Shown here piece after piece: positions 1 to 9,747 of a DNA stretch of 64,000 bases. The position numbers and the translations under genes were made by a program. The stretch's first letter is position 1, and each line of letters begins with the position of its first letter. Source of the stretch: Paludibacter sp. (GTDB lineage: Bacteria > Bacteroidota > Bacteroidia > Bacteroidales > Paludibacteraceae); contig JAYFRI010000077.1 of assembly GCA_034926015.1 (NCBI GenBank), positions 27,730 through 91,729 of the forward strand. The letters run 5' to 3'. The notes under the pieces were generated by a model. The model had not been told where the DNA came from, searched no databases, and was given only the letters and a program-made list of their open reading frames with translations.

Positions 1-1
1 C

Positions 2-55
2 GTAGGCGATATGATTGAAAGTTTTGAAGAAACAGAAGTAAAAAAGACCTTGTAA
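2..55 (+). CDS. infB: translation initiation factor IF-2, extreme C-terminus (partial; rest lies upstream of the window)
   Basis: Frame from nt 2 reads VGDMIESFEETEVKKTL-stop, the conserved VGDxIE tail of IF-2. A strong terminator follows. Confidence 0.55.
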   Translation, partial: VGDMIESFEETEVKKTL

Positions 56-79
56 TAAGTCAATAAAAAACAACTAAAA

Positions 80-121
80 AGAATGCCGGATTCAAAAGCT
101 GAATCCGGCATTCTTTTTTTG
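80..121 (+). terminator. intrinsic terminator after infB
   Basis: Perfect 14-bp stem AGAATGCCGGATTC / GAATCCGGCATTCT, 7-nt loop, then T8. Confidence 0.85.
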
Positions 122-160
122 CAAGCATAAAGAATATGATAATCATTTGCAAACCTCACA

Positions 161-199
161 AAAAAACCACTCAATCCCCAAAGGGTGAGTGGTTTTTTT
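161..199 (-). terminator. intrinsic terminator after rplT (A-run and T-run flanked, possibly bidirectional)
   Basis: Stem CCACTCA..CCC / GGG..TGAGTGG flanked by A6 and T7. Confidence 0.7.
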
Positions 200-250
200 A
201 TCAAATGTATGTTTCTACCGTTTCAAACCGTAAAAAAATCCGATTGAACC

Positions 251-601
251 TTAAGCATTTTTTGCTTTAAGCACGATAGCTTTGAAAGCTTCCGGATGAT
301 TCATTGCTAAATCGGCCAATACTTTGCGGTTCATTTCGATACCAGCTTTGTGTAAAGCTCCCATCAATTTTGAATAAGACATTCCTTCCAAACGTGCAGC
401 AGCATTGATACGCTGAATCCATAAAGCACGGAAGCTGCGTTTTTTGCTTTTACGGTCGCGATAAGCATATTGCAACCCTTTTTCCCAAGTATTCTTGGCT
501 ACAGTCCACACATTACGGCGACCGCCATAATAACCTCTGGTGAGACTTAAAATTCTTTTTCTTCTTTTACGTGAAGCAACGTGATTTACTGATCTTGGCA
601 T
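251..601 (-). CDS. rplT: 50S ribosomal protein L20
   Basis: 116 aa. [18 protein letters not shown]...[24 protein letters not shown] is the typical bL20 sequence. Confidence 0.97.
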   Translation of the reverse strand: MPRSVNHVASRKRRKRILSLTRGYYGGRRNVWTVAKNTWEKGLQYAYRDRKSKKRSFRALWIQRINAAARLEGMSYSKLMGALHKAGIEMNRKVLADLAMNHPEAFKAIVLKAKNA

Positions 602-711
602 AATTAAAATGATTTGTGAATGTTAGCGCCATACTTTATGTACGAACTTGAAGCTAAAACACTCTGATTTTTTGACTAAGAAAAACTTGTTTAAATGTAT
701 AACTTCAACTA

Positions 712-909
712 TTATTTCAAGCAAAGCATTTCTTTAACATTAGTCAAGTCTGTCTTGCATACAAGTGCAGAATGAGTAAGGTTACGTTTTTGCTTTGTTG
801 TTTTTTTAGTCAGAATGTGACTTTTAAAAGCATGTTTTCTTTTAATCTTTCCTGATCCGGTAAGGGTAAACCTTTTTTTGGCACCGGAGTTAGTTTTCAT
901 TTTTGGCAT
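712..909 (-). CDS. rpmI: 50S ribosomal protein L35
   Basis: 65 aa, [28 protein letters not shown]. Sits between infC and rplT as in the conserved operon. Confidence 0.95.
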   Translation of the reverse strand: MPKMKTNSGAKKRFTLTGSGKIKRKHAFKSHILTKKTTKQKRNLTHSALVCKTDLTNVKEMLCLK

Positions 910-944
910 TGTTACTATATTTAATTTATATAAAAAATCCTTTG

Positions 945-1502
945 TTATTTTGTCTTTTTAGGCGAGAACATAATTATCATTCTCTTGCCTTCAAGCTGAG
1001 GCAGCTGATCTACCTTTGCATAATCCTCCAAATCGTTGGCAAAACGTGCTAAAAGCACTTCACCCTGATCTTTAAAAAGAATGGAACGACCTTTAAAGAA
1101 AACGTAAGCCTTCACTTTGCAACCTTCTTTTAAAAACTCCTGTGCATGTTTCAACTTAAAGTTGTAATCATGTTCATCGGTTTGAGGTCCGAACCTGATT
1201 TCTTTTAAAATTATCTTTGTCGATTTCGCCTTGGCTTCTTTTTCTCGTTTCTTTTGATTATACAAAAATTTCTGATAATCAACAATTTTACAAACAGGCG
1301 GCACCGCATTTGGCGAAATTTCCACCAAATCCAATTCGAGTTGATCAGCAATTCGCATGGCTTCTTCAAATGTAAAAATGCCCTGTTCAACGTTGTCTCC
1401 TACCAAACGTACTTCTTTAAGCCCCTTTATTTTTTCGTTTATTCTGTTGGGTTGTTCTTTCTCTCTACCCCTCTGAGGCCTGATGGTTAATTGCTTAGCT
1501 AT
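945..1502 (-). CDS. infC: translation initiation factor IF-3 (probable non-ATG start, ATA at 1502-1500)
   Basis: [24 protein letters not shown]...[23 protein letters not shown] is the IF-3 N- and C-domain signature. The track ORF extension to 1601 looks non-native. An in-frame ATA is preceded by GGGAGGA. Confidence 0.85.
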   Translation of the reverse strand: MAKQLTIRPQRGREKEQPNRINEKIKGLKEVRLVGDNVEQGIFTFEEAMRIADQLELDLVEISPNAVPPVCKIVDYQKFLYNQKKREKEAKAKSTKIILKEIRFGPQTDEHDYNFKLKHAQEFLKEGCKVKAYVFFKGRSILFKDQGEVLLARFANDLEDYAKVDQLPQLEGKRMIIMFSPKKTK

Positions 1503-1674
1503 TGTTTGTTTCCTCCCTAAATTAAATTGTGAATTAAAACCTGTTTTGCATTTTTGAGCGCGCAAATATAATACATTTTTTTGGATTACACATACTGTCA
1601 CTCAAATTATTATAAAAATTGAAGCAAAATATTTTTAATCATCAAAAACTCTTGCTTTTGTGTAAAAAAAAGAG

Positions 1675-1682
1675 TACTTTTG
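1675..1682 (+). promoter_or_regulatory. Bacteroidota sigma-A type -7 box (TACTTTTG) upstream of rplY
   Basis: Exact match to TAnnTTTG, about 100 nt upstream of the rplY ATG. Confidence 0.45.
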
Positions 1683-1781
1683 CTGCACTTTTTTGAAAAA
1701 GAAAGTGTGATGGGAAATTAAGCGACTGATCACTTAATAACGAACGCTTAAATTTTGAGTAACACAAATTATTTTAAACAA

Positions 1782-2369
1782 ATGAAAACATTTGAATTAA
1801 AAGGTTCAGTAAGAGCTGACCTTGGTAAAAAAGCTTCGAAAGCAGAGCGCGTATCAGAAAATGTACCATGTGTACTGTACGGTGGCGCCAACAACGTTCA
1901 CTTCACTGCAACAGCCAGCGATTTACGTAAATTGATCTATTCTCCAGACGTATTTGTTGTACAGTTGGACATCGACGGACAGAAATGCAACTCTATCATG
2001 AAAGCGCTTCAGTTCCACCCTGTTACCGACAAGGTTTTACATATCGACTTCTTACAGGTTACAGAAGACAAACCTGTTGTTGTTGAAATTCCTGTTAAAC
2101 TCGAAGGATTGGCAGAAGGTGTAAAAGCCGGGGGTAAATTAGCGTTAGAAATGCGTAAACTGAAAGTGAAAGGTTTATACAATCAAATTCCTGAACGCAT
2201 CGTTATCGATGTTACAAGCTTAGGTTTAGGAAAATCTATTCAGGTAGGCAATGTAACTGCTGAAAATCTTGAAATTCTGAATGCAAAAAACGCCGTTGTT
2301 GCACAAGTTAAATTAACAAGAGCTGCCCGTGGTGCTGCTGCTTCAGCCGCTGCTGCAGGCAAAAAATAA
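1782..2369 (+). CDS. rplY: 50S ribosomal protein L25 / general stress protein Ctc
   Basis: [44 protein letters not shown] at 1782 preferred over the TTG at 1755. Confidence 0.9.
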   Translation: MKTFELKGSVRADLGKKASKAERVSENVPCVLYGGANNVHFTATASDLRKLIYSPDVFVVQLDIDGQKCNSIMKALQFHPVTDKVLHIDFLQVTEDKPVVVEIPVKLEGLAEGVKAGGKLALEMRKLKVKGLYNQIPERIVIDVTSLGLGKSIQVGNVTAENLEILNAKNAVVAQVKLTRAARGAAASAAAAGKK

Positions 2370-2377
2370 TTTTTCGA

Positions 2378-2941
2378 ATGAAATACTTAATTGTAGGATT
2401 GGGTAATATTGGTAACGAATACCACAATACCCGCCACAACATAGGATTCACAATATTGGACGCTTTTGCTAAAGCGTCCAATGTTTTTTTTAGCGAGAAC
2501 CGTTACGGAGCTACCTGCGAAGTAAAACTGAAAGGTCGTACGCTTATTTTGCTGAAACCTTCAACTTTTATGAACCTGAGCGGCAACGCGCTTCGCTATT
2601 GGATGCAAAAAGAAAAAATCGAAATCGAAAACGTTTTGGTGATTGTAGACGACATAGCCCTGCCATTTGGCACTTTGCGGCTCAAGCCACAAGGATCGGA
2701 TGCCGGACATAACGGACTGAAAAACATTCAGGAAATACTTGGACATAATAATTATGCCCGATTGCGATTTGGCATTGGCAATGATTTTGCCAAAGGCCGA
2801 CAGGTGGAATATGTGCTTGGCAAATGGACCGAAGAACAAACTGCAGCTCTACCTGAACGTGCCGACCGCTGCATCGAAATAATTCAGAGCTTTTGCCTGG
2901 CCGGTATGCAGCTCACAATGACTCAGTTTAACGGCAAGTAA
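2378..2941 (+). CDS. pth: peptidyl-tRNA hydrolase
   Basis: [24 protein letters not shown]...[12 protein letters not shown] are the canonical Pth motifs. Confidence 0.95.
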   Translation: MKYLIVGLGNIGNEYHNTRHNIGFTILDAFAKASNVFFSENRYGATCEVKLKGRTLILLKPSTFMNLSGNALRYWMQKEKIEIENVLVIVDDIALPFGTLRLKPQGSDAGHNGLKNIQEILGHNNYARLRFGIGNDFAKGRQVEYVLGKWTEEQTAALPERADRCIEIIQSFCLAGMQLTMTQFNGK

Positions 2942-2995
2942 GATCTATTGACAATTAATAATTAACAGTTTAAAATCAGTGATCTGTCTATCATA

Positions 2996-3090
2996 TCACA
3001 TTGATTTATTAGCACATTGGCAAATTGACTTATTGGCATATTTTCACATTGGCATATTGGCACATTAACTTGTTGGCATATTAGCATATT
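2996..3090. repeat. array of degenerate decamers TTGGCA(T/A/C)ATT / CACATTG upstream of hslR
   Basis: TTGGCAnATT at 3017, 3033, 3049, 3057 and 3073. CACATTG/A at 2996, 3013, 3045 and 3061. Confidence 0.6.
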
Positions 3091-3096
3091 AAATTT

Positions 3097-3522
3097 ATGA
3101 AAACAGAAGTACGTATAGATAAATGGTTGTGGGCAGTTCGTTTATTTAAAACGCGCACCCTGGCTGCCGAAGCCTGTAAAAAGGGAAAAGTAATCATACA
3201 AAACGTTCAGGTGAAACCTTCGCGCAATGTGAAGGTTGGCGACGTGGTATGCATCAAGCGAAACCCTATTCTTTTTTCGTTCAAAGTAATTGCGTTGGCC
3301 GAAAACAGGATGAATGCCAAGCTGGTTGCAGGATTTATGGAAAACGTAACCACAGCCGATCAGCTTGAACTTATAGAACTGGCTAAACTTGCCGGACAAT
3401 CGGGACGCGACCGGGGCACAGGCCGACCAACCAAAAAAGAACGTCGCGACATTGAAGAATTCACCGAACCGATATTCATGGACGATGAAGGTGACTGGGA
3501 TTTTGACTCCGCGGATTCATAA
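3097..3522 (+). CDS. hslR: S4-domain RNA-binding heat-shock protein Hsp15-like
   Basis: RIDKWLWAVRLFKTRTLAAEACKKGKV is the S4/Hsp15 signature. Acidic C-terminal tail. Confidence 0.8.
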   Translation: MKTEVRIDKWLWAVRLFKTRTLAAEACKKGKVIIQNVQVKPSRNVKVGDVVCIKRNPILFSFKVIALAENRMNAKLVAGFMENVTTADQLELIELAKLAGQSGRDRGTGRPTKKERRDIEEFTEPIFMDDEGDWDFDSADS

Positions 3523-3616
3523 AAACAGACATTCAACATCTCGTTTTTCATTCTTTTTTTGTAGCATCATACTACAAACCATAACCGTTCCGTTTTCAAA
3601 ACAAAAGTAAGAATTT

Positions 3617-4165
3617 ATGTTTATCGCCCACAAACTTAGAAAAGAAAATATCTGCGAATACCTGTTGTATATGTGGCAGATAGAAGACTTGATCCGTGCA
3701 TTTAATTTAAACATCGACACCATTAACGAGCGTATTATTTCAAATTACCCGGTAAAAGATGAGGCTGAACGAAAATCGCTTTACGAATGGTACGAAAGTT
3801 TGATTGAAATGATGCGACTTGAAAACATTCAGGAAAAAGGTCATTTGCAACTCAATAAAAACATTATCATTGATCTGAATGACTTCCATGAACTACTCAT
3901 TAAATCGGGAAAAGCTCCGGCTTATAATGCCAAATTTTTCCATGTACTCCCTTTTATAAGTCAACTTCGCACCAAGGGTGAGGCCGGACTGAGCGACCTT
4001 GAACTTTGCTTCAATTTCATGTATGGCATCATGGCACTTCGGCTGAAAAAAGCTGAAATTTCTCCCGAGACGCTTCAAACACAAACCGAGATAAGTAAAT
4101 TTCTGGTACTGCTTGCCCGCAATTATCAGCTGAACAAAAACGGTGAGCTTGACCTTGAATCGTAG
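3617..4165 (+). CDS. DUF4924-family protein (Bacteroidota-specific, function unknown)
   Basis: N-terminal ICEYLLYMWQIEDLIRAF motif, recalled as characteristic of DUF4924. Not verified by search. Confidence 0.5.
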   Translation: MFIAHKLRKENICEYLLYMWQIEDLIRAFNLNIDTINERIISNYPVKDEAERKSLYEWYESLIEMMRLENIQEKGHLQLNKNIIIDLNDFHELLIKSGKAPAYNAKFFHVLPFISQLRTKGEAGLSDLELCFNFMYGIMALRLKKAEISPETLQTQTEISKFLVLLARNYQLNKNGELDLES

Positions 4166-4214
4166 ATTTCCGGAGACTGAAGTTTTTATATTTTTAAGTT
4201 TCAGAAAAAAAGCG

Positions 4215-4222
4215 TATTTTTG
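4215..4222 (+). promoter_or_regulatory. -7 box TATTTTTG upstream of rfbA
   Basis: TAnnTTTG match 46 nt upstream of the ATG. Confidence 0.45.
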
Positions 4223-4267
4223 ATGCGTTGTTTTACATGAAACATTCATCCTAAAAACTATATAAAA

Positions 4268-5140
4268 ATGAAAGGTATTGTTCTCGCCGGGGGATCCGGT
4301 ACTCGTTTATATCCTGTCACTAAAAGTATCTCAAAACAAATCATTCCGGTTTACGATAAACCGATGATATATTACCCTTTATCAGTTTTAATGCTTGCCG
4401 GCATTAAAGAAATCCTGATCATTTCTACGCCACAGGACATACTTTTGTATGAAAATCTGCTTGGAAATGGCGATGATTTAGGCATCAAACTCGTTTACGC
4501 CATACAACCCTCGCCCGATGGACTGGCTCAGGCTTTTATCATTGGCGAAGAATTTATCGGCGACGATAGTGTTTGTATGGTACTTGGCGACAATATTTTC
4601 TACGGATTTGATTTTACACGCACGCTACGCGAAGCAGCCCAACTCAAAGATGGCGCAACTGTTTTCGGGTATTATGTAAACGATCCCGAACGTTACGGCG
4701 TTGCCGAATTTGATGCGAACGGCAAAGTACTCAGCCTCGAAGAAAAGCCACTTCAACCAAAATCAAATTACGCTGTAACAGGTTTGTATTTTTACAGCAA
4801 CGATGTGGTAAAAAAATCGAAAGGCCTGAAGCCATCGAAACGTGGTGAGCTTGAAATCACAGACCTTAACCGTTTGTACCTTGAAGAAGAACGTTTAAGT
4901 CTGAAAATGATGGGACGCGGCATGGCATGGCTCGATACTGGCACACACGACAGTTTGCTTGAAGCTTCAAACTTTATTGCCACCATCGAAAACCGCCAGG
5001 GACTGAAAATTGCCTGCCTGGAAGAAATTGCTTTCCGCAACGGATATATCAACAAAGAACAACTGCTGAGATTAGCCGAACCGCTGAAGAAAAATCATTA
5101 CGGCGAATATCTTATAAAAATTGCCAACGAAGTAAATTAG
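4268..5140 (+). CDS. rfbA: glucose-1-phosphate thymidylyltransferase
   Basis: [24 protein letters not shown]...GLAQAF..LGDNIF are the RmlA motifs. Confidence 0.95.
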   Translation: MKGIVLAGGSGTRLYPVTKSISKQIIPVYDKPMIYYPLSVLMLAGIKEILIISTPQDILLYENLLGNGDDLGIKLVYAIQPSPDGLAQAFIIGEEFIGDDSVCMVLGDNIFYGFDFTRTLREAAQLKDGATVFGYYVNDPERYGVAEFDANGKVLSLEEKPLQPKSNYAVTGLYFYSNDVVKKSKGLKPSKRGELEITDLNRLYLEEERLSLKMMGRGMAWLDTGTHDSLLEASNFIATIENRQGLKIACLEEIAFRNGYINKEQLLRLAEPLKKNHYGEYLIKIANEVN

Positions 5141-5146
5141 TATTGA

Positions 5147-5695
5147 ATGGAAATTATAAAAACACCGATTGAGGATTTAATCATTATAAAACCCCGCGTA
5201 TTCGAGGATGCGCGTGGTTTCTTTTTTGAGTCGTACAGCGAATTAAAATACAATGAAGCCGGCATTAATATTAAATTTTGTCAGGACAATCAATCAAAAT
5301 CGGGTTACGGTGTAATACGCGGTCTGCATTATCAACTCCGGCCACACAGCCAATCGAAGCTTGTGTCGGTCATCAAAGGAGCAGTCTGGGATGTGGCCGT
5401 AGATTTGAGAGCCTCCTCTCCCACTTTCGGACAATGGTACGGAGTTGAACTCACCGAAGAAAATCACTTGCAGTTTCTCGTCCCACAAGGTTTTGCACAC
5501 GGATTTTCTGTTCTGAGCGAAACAGCCATTTTCTCATACAAATGTGATGATTTCTACAATCCGGCTCTGGAAAGAGGTATTATGTACAACGATCCCGCGT
5601 TGAATATCGATTGGAAAATTCCGGCTGACAAAGCCCTTATTTCGGAGAAAGATACTAAACATCCCTTATTTATTCATGCCGAAAAAAACTTCTGA
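5147..5695 (+). CDS. rfbC: dTDP-4-dehydrorhamnose 3,5-epimerase
   Basis: FEDARGFFFES...RGLHYQ...QSKLVSVIKGAVWDVAVDLR...GFAHGF are the RmlC motifs. Confidence 0.95.
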   Translation: MEIIKTPIEDLIIIKPRVFEDARGFFFESYSELKYNEAGINIKFCQDNQSKSGYGVIRGLHYQLRPHSQSKLVSVIKGAVWDVAVDLRASSPTFGQWYGVELTEENHLQFLVPQGFAHGFSVLSETAIFSYKCDDFYNPALERGIMYNDPALNIDWKIPADKALISEKDTKHPLFIHAEKNF

Positions 5696-5699
5696 AATA

Positions 5700-6557
5700 A
5701 TGAATATTCTAATAACAGGAAGCAAAGGACAACTCGGAAACGAAATGCAGCTGGCGGCTGTTCGATATCCACAGTTTAATTACATTTTTACTGATATCGA
5801 CGAACTTGATATTTGCGACAAAGCCGCTCTCGAATCTTTTGTAAAAGCAAATGCTGTGGATGTAATTGTGAACTGCGCGGCCTATACGGCTGTCGACAAA
5901 GCTGAGGATGATGTAGATTTGTGTTACAAAATCAACCGTGATGCTGTGGAAAACATAGCGCTCGTTGCTTCAGCCAATGGATTGAAAGTGATCCATGTAT
6001 CAACAGATTATGTTTTTGATGGTACCAACTACATGCCATACACCGAAGACCAGGCTGTTTGCCCTGCCAGTGTTTATGGAAAATCGAAATTAGCCGGCGA
6101 AGAAGCGCTGACTGCCAACTGTAAAGAATCAGTCATTATCCGTACTTCATGGCTTTATTCATCGTTTGGAAATAATTTTGTGAAAACGATGATCAAACTC
6201 GGAACAGAGCGAGATGCGTTGAACGTAATTTTCGATCAGGTGGGAACGCCCACTTATGCTGCTGACTTAGCGGACGCCATACTAAAAATTGTAAGCGCCG
6301 AATCATTTGTGCCGGGCATTTATCACTTCTCCGACGAAGGCGTGTGCAGCTGGTACGACTTTACAAAAACAATTCACCGCCTCAGTAGCATCACTTGCAA
6401 TGTGCAACCCATCGAGAGCAAAGATTATCCTACACGGACTCCACGCCCCCATTACAGCGTACTCAATAAGTCAAAAATAAAATCGACCTATCACATTCAG
6501 ATTCCACATTGGGAGGAAAGTTTGATAAAATGTATTGAAGTACTAAACTCAAAATAA
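5700..6557 (+). CDS. rfbD: dTDP-4-dehydrorhamnose reductase
   Basis: MNILITGSKGQLG...NCAAYTAVDKAE...STDYVFDG...YGKSK. ATG at 5700 preferred over the overlapping 5676. Confidence 0.92.
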   Translation: MNILITGSKGQLGNEMQLAAVRYPQFNYIFTDIDELDICDKAALESFVKANAVDVIVNCAAYTAVDKAEDDVDLCYKINRDAVENIALVASANGLKVIHVSTDYVFDGTNYMPYTEDQAVCPASVYGKSKLAGEEALTANCKESVIIRTSWLYSSFGNNFVKTMIKLGTERDALNVIFDQVGTPTYAADLADAILKIVSAESFVPGIYHFSDEGVCSWYDFTKTIHRLSSITCNVQPIESKDYPTRTPRPHYSVLNKSKIKSTYHIQIPHWEESLIKCIEVLNSK

Positions 6558-6566
6558 ACTATACAA

Positions 6567-6603
6567 AAAGCGCGAACCGGACATTGACTTCGATTCGCGC
6601 TTT
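6567..6603. terminator. hairpin between convergent rfbD and creD
   Basis: AAAGCGCGAA / TTCGCGCTTT 10-bp stem with a 17-nt loop. Confidence 0.5.
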
Positions 6604-6679
6604 ATATTGCTAATGTATTTGTCAAGATTAAACTCCCAATACGATATTAGCATCAATATTCAGTTTTTTACTTATTTCT

Positions 6680-8014
6680 CTAGCCTCTTTCCGCATTTTC
6701 AGCTTCTATAGGTTTGTACCAGCTTATTTTGCGCGATACAAACATTATGATTCCCAAAATAAGGAATAGACCTATACTTCCGGCCAACAATGCAATATCC
6801 TCGAGTTGCAACACCACATAAAGGAAAATGTACAGTGCTGCGAGGATAGTTGCAAGAATAGCTGTCTGCGTTTTGTTTTTGAAAATACTGTTGGCATAAA
6901 CGGCAATTAAGGTTATAGTGGCAAAACTTGCTATCAGGTAAGCAATTGCAAAGTTAAGTTGCTCCGAAATTGACAAAAGCAAACTGTAAAAAAGCACCAG
7001 TGCTAAACCCACCAATAGGTATTGAACAGGATGAATTTTTTTGCGCGTAATAACTTCAACAAAGAAAAACACAACAAAAGTAAGTGCAATAAACATAATC
7101 GAATATTTAGCCGAACGCATATTTTGCTGATAATGATCCACAGGATCGACAAGATTTACGCCAAATGATGTGTCAGCAAACGATTTTGCTTCATTGTCGG
7201 TCCAGCATTCAGGGATGTTCCGGTTGAAATGCAACACATTCCATTTGGCATTAAAGCCACTGTCGTTCAACGTATATTCCGGCGAAAAGCTGCCAATAAA
7301 TCCAGGTGATTTCCACGATCCGTGCACCTGTACCTGTGTGGTTTTTCCAGATGGTACAAAGTTGATATCTCCCGATCCGTTCAGTTTCAAACTGCAACTA
7401 AATACGACTCCCTTATCGTTCCATAAAGTTGCTGTATTTTTAAGCAATATAATCAGTCCCTGTCCTATCGCATCGTCAACGCCACCTGCTTCAGCCACAA
7501 AAGCTGTATTGTTCATCTTGAATTTCAAATCATTAGAAATACCCCTCAAATCACTAATTCCTATGCGCACATGGGCCTCATTCCACATTGCTTCAGCATT
7601 TGCAGGCAAAAATGCTTGCGGATTTTTGAAATTGCCATTCATTTCAATGTCGCTCTTGTACAAAATCGATTTATAAATACCGTAATGTCTTTCCTCGGGT
7701 GTAAGTTTTGTGTTGATTTTCAATTGTTCGGACGCGAGGAATAATTGATGCTTTTCAATGATCAGGTTTTTATCCTTATCAACACTTTTTATCTGATAAG
7801 GAATCACCAGAAATGGCCCGTTTACAGTTTGTGCATTGCTCCATTTGTCGTTGATCTTGGCAACTGTTTCTATGCTTCGCTGCTGACGCTCGAAAATAAG
7901 ACTTTCGATCATAGCGCCGGGAATCAATAGTAAAATTGTAAGAATTCCGATAAGTACAGCTTTCCATGTGGCTGACTGACTGAATTTCTCAACCTTTTGA
8001 ATGCTTTTTTCCAT
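6680..8014 (-). CDS. creD: cell envelope integrity inner-membrane protein CreD
   Basis: About 444 aa. One N-terminal TM, a large periplasmic part and a C-terminal multi-TM block, which is CreD-family architecture. MEKS start at 8014 preferred. Confidence 0.8.
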   Translation of the reverse strand: MEKSIQKVEKFSQSATWKAVLIGILTILLLIPGAMIESLIFERQQRSIETVAKINDKWSNAQTVNGPFLVIPYQIKSVDKDKNLIIEKHQLFLASEQLKINTKLTPEERHYGIYKSILYKSDIEMNGNFKNPQAFLPANAEAMWNEAHVRIGISDLRGISNDLKFKMNNTAFVAEAGGVDDAIGQGLIILLKNTATLWNDKGVVFSCSLKLNGSGDINFVPSGKTTQVQVHGSWKSPGFIGSFSPEYTLNDSGFNAKWNVLHFNRNIPECWTDNEAKSFADTSFGVNLVDPVDHYQQNMRSAKYSIMFIALTFVVFFFVEVITRKKIHPVQYLLVGLALVLFYSLLLSISEQLNFAIAYLIASFATITLIAVYANSIFKNKTQTAILATILAALYIFLYVVLQLEDIALLAGSIGLFLILGIIMFVSRKISWYKPIEAENAERG

Positions 8015-8093
8015 AATTCTGAATTGTTTTTTTGAATGAATAAAATATATAATTAAAAGTACTTTGATTTTCAAAGTATATAAATAAAAAAAA

Positions 8094-8384
8094 TTAACGT
8101 ATCAATTGTTCCAATGCATTTAGGTGATCCTGAAAAGCTGTGCGACCTTCATCAGTAATTGAATATTGTGTATTTGGTTTTCGCCCTATAAATTGCTTGC
8201 TCGATTGAATATAATTCAGCCCCTCCAGCGCTTTGATATGACTGGCTAAATTACCATCGGTCAGTTCAAGCAATTCCTTCATTGTGTTGAAGTCCACCCC
8301 ATCGTTCACCATAAGCACCGACATGATGCCCAAACGAATGCGACTTTCGAATGCCTTATTGAGATTTGAGATAATATTTGGCAT
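8094..8384 (-). CDS. winged-helix transcriptional regulator (small HTH protein commonly preceding creD)
   Basis: 96 aa. RLGIMSVLMVNDGVDFNTMKELLELTDGNLASHIKALE is a wHTH pattern. Confidence 0.7.
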   Translation of the reverse strand: MPNIISNLNKAFESRIRLGIMSVLMVNDGVDFNTMKELLELTDGNLASHIKALEGLNYIQSSKQFIGRKPNTQYSITDEGRTAFQDHLNALEQLIR

Positions 8385-8388
8385 CGTG

Positions 8389-8991
8389 TTATTTCAAATC
8401 GTATTTTTTATACATAATCAATCCATACACAATATGGCAAAGCCCAAAGCCCAGGGTCCAGAAAATAATTCCATGACTAAGAAATATTGCAGCGCCAATC
8501 CCAAGCAGCACTTCGGTAATGCCAAGGTAATGAATTTCTTCAAAAGTATATTTCGATGCATTGATCAATCCAAGGCCATAAAATATAAGCGTAGTAGAAG
8601 CCACAATTTCCACATCTCCTCTCAACAAGCAAATGACAGAGAAAACGCCGCCCACAAACAATGGGATAGCCAGGTTATAAAGCGTCATTAAACTGGCTTT
8701 GTTCATCAGCTTCAGGTTTTTCTTTTTGGCTTTTTTCTTCGAAAAATAGACTGCAAAACCTATCGAAACAACAAGTACAATCATTGCATCGGCTAAAATG
8801 ATCAATAATTCCTGATAACGGTTAAAATCGGTTGATGCCGGTTGACGCAACAGGTAGAAATACGCAAAAGCTGCTCCAATAATGGCTGTTATACCGGCCA
8901 ACACTCCCGATAAACCGCTTAACGACAAAAATTTTGATGACTTTTCCATCATCTCCCGAATGGCTCTGATATCTTCTATTTGCTTTTCCAT
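8389..8991 (-). CDS. multi-pass membrane protein, function unknown (first gene of the creD operon)
   Basis: About 5 hydrophobic helices. 4-bp gap to the wHTH gene. Confidence 0.6.
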   Translation of the reverse strand: MEKQIEDIRAIREMMEKSSKFLSLSGLSGVLAGITAIIGAAFAYFYLLRQPASTDFNRYQELLIILADAMIVLVVSIGFAVYFSKKKAKKKNLKLMNKASLMTLYNLAIPLFVGGVFSVICLLRGDVEIVASTTLIFYGLGLINASKYTFEEIHYLGITEVLLGIGAAIFLSHGIIFWTLGFGLCHIVYGLIMYKKYDLK

Positions 8992-9096
8992 ATTACATAA
9001 AAGTACTTTGAAATGCAAAGTAAATGGAATTTATTGAAATGACAAAACATTTCGAAGTTTTTTTTCTAAAAAAGCTACGAAACTAATCTAAAACAG

Positions 9097-9129
9097 AAAC
9101 CCCGCTCAGTTCTTCACTCAGCGGGGTTT
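9097..9129 (-). terminator. intrinsic terminator after the 9147-9527 gene
   Basis: AAACCCCGCT / AGCGGGGTTT stem with a 13-nt loop. Confidence 0.6.
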
Positions 9130-9146
9130 AGTTATTTATTCTCACA

Positions 9147-9527
9147 TTAATAAAGTTTTGAGGTATCTTCTCCCGGCAAAACTTCTTTCCGTAAAACATA
9201 ATGAGCCTCGGAACTTGTAGGTGAACCCTGAATGGTGTAAACCTGAAAATACTCCCAGCCCATCTTGCTCATGTAATTTAGTGCATCCACAACGGAATTA
9301 AACTTGAGGTCCACGCCTTCCTTGTCAGTAAGTCTACGTTTACCGAGCACTTTCAGCGGCTGACCATAATCAACAGCAACATAACCATTGTGAACAAAAC
9401 CGTCCTGAATAATAATTTCACAAAAACGATAAGTCGTTTTTGTAGAATTATTATCCAGTTGCTGAGCACTTAATATAAAACACGAGAACAATACAAAAAT
9501 AACTATAAAACTAATTTTCTGTTTCAT
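9147..9527 (-). CDS. small secreted protein, function unknown
   Basis: 126 aa with N-terminal signal peptide MKQKISFIVIFVLFSCFILSAQQ. Confidence 0.55.
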   Translation of the reverse strand: MKQKISFIVIFVLFSCFILSAQQLDNNSTKTTYRFCEIIIQDGFVHNGYVAVDYGQPLKVLGKRRLTDKEGVDLKFNSVVDALNYMSKMGWEYFQVYTIQGSPTSSEAHYVLRKEVLPGEDTSKLY

Positions 9528-9679
9528 CTATGTAGTATTAAATGTTAAATGCAAATTTCATCAAAAAGAATTAATTTACAGCAATAGAGAATTTAACTTT
9601 ATTGTTTTTTAACGCTATAAAATTTCGACATTTGCATCTGCAACGATTTAGATTTATATCGTACCAATCAAAACAAAAA

Positions 9680-9712
9680 AACCCTGCTCAGGATAATCCT
9701 GAGCAGGGTTTT
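9680..9712 (-). terminator. intrinsic terminator after thrS
   Basis: ACCCTGCTCAGGA / TCCTGAGCAGGGT stem followed by a T-run on the minus strand. Confidence 0.85.
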
Positions 9713-9718
9713 ATATTC

Positions 9719-9747
9719 AAGTCCCCTTTAGGGGATTTAGGGGGCTT
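9719..9747 (-). repeat. solo arm of the GC-rich palindromic (REP-like) family, abutting the thrS stop codon
   Basis: Minus strand reads AAGCCCCCTAAATCCCCTAAAGGGGACTT directly after the TAG of thrS. Confidence 0.85.

Noticed and set aside
1254-1490. The track lists many 60-200 aa ORFs antisense to or overlapping strong genes. Examples are 1254-1490, 2561-2839, 7170-7676, 10525-10872, 29001-29441, 32318-32797, 35534-36154, 47834-48217, 56674-57228 and 59709-60263.
   Set aside because: They lie inside well-supported genes on the opposite strand or in another frame. They have low-complexity or atypical composition and no recognisable motifs. Treated as shadow ORFs.
945-1601. The full-length 218-aa infC ORF from the ATG at 1601.
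   Set aside because: The first ~33 residues ([22 protein letters not shown]...) are unlike any IF-3 N-terminus and run through the rplY-infC divergent promoter region. The non-ATG start at 1502 is preferred.
3057-3080. A possible sigma-54 promoter, TGGCAC-N-TTG, within the TTGGCA array upstream of hslR.
   Set aside because: The downstream element reads CTTGT with wrong spacing, rather than TTGC at N5. The match is explained by the decamer repeats.
4268-6557. Treating rfbA-rfbC-rfbD as an incomplete or pseudogenised dTDP-rhamnose pathway because rfbB (dTDP-glucose 4,6-dehydratase) is missing.
   Set aside because: All three genes are intact, and rfbB is often encoded elsewhere in Bacteroidota genomes. 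Absence from this window is not evidence of pathway loss.
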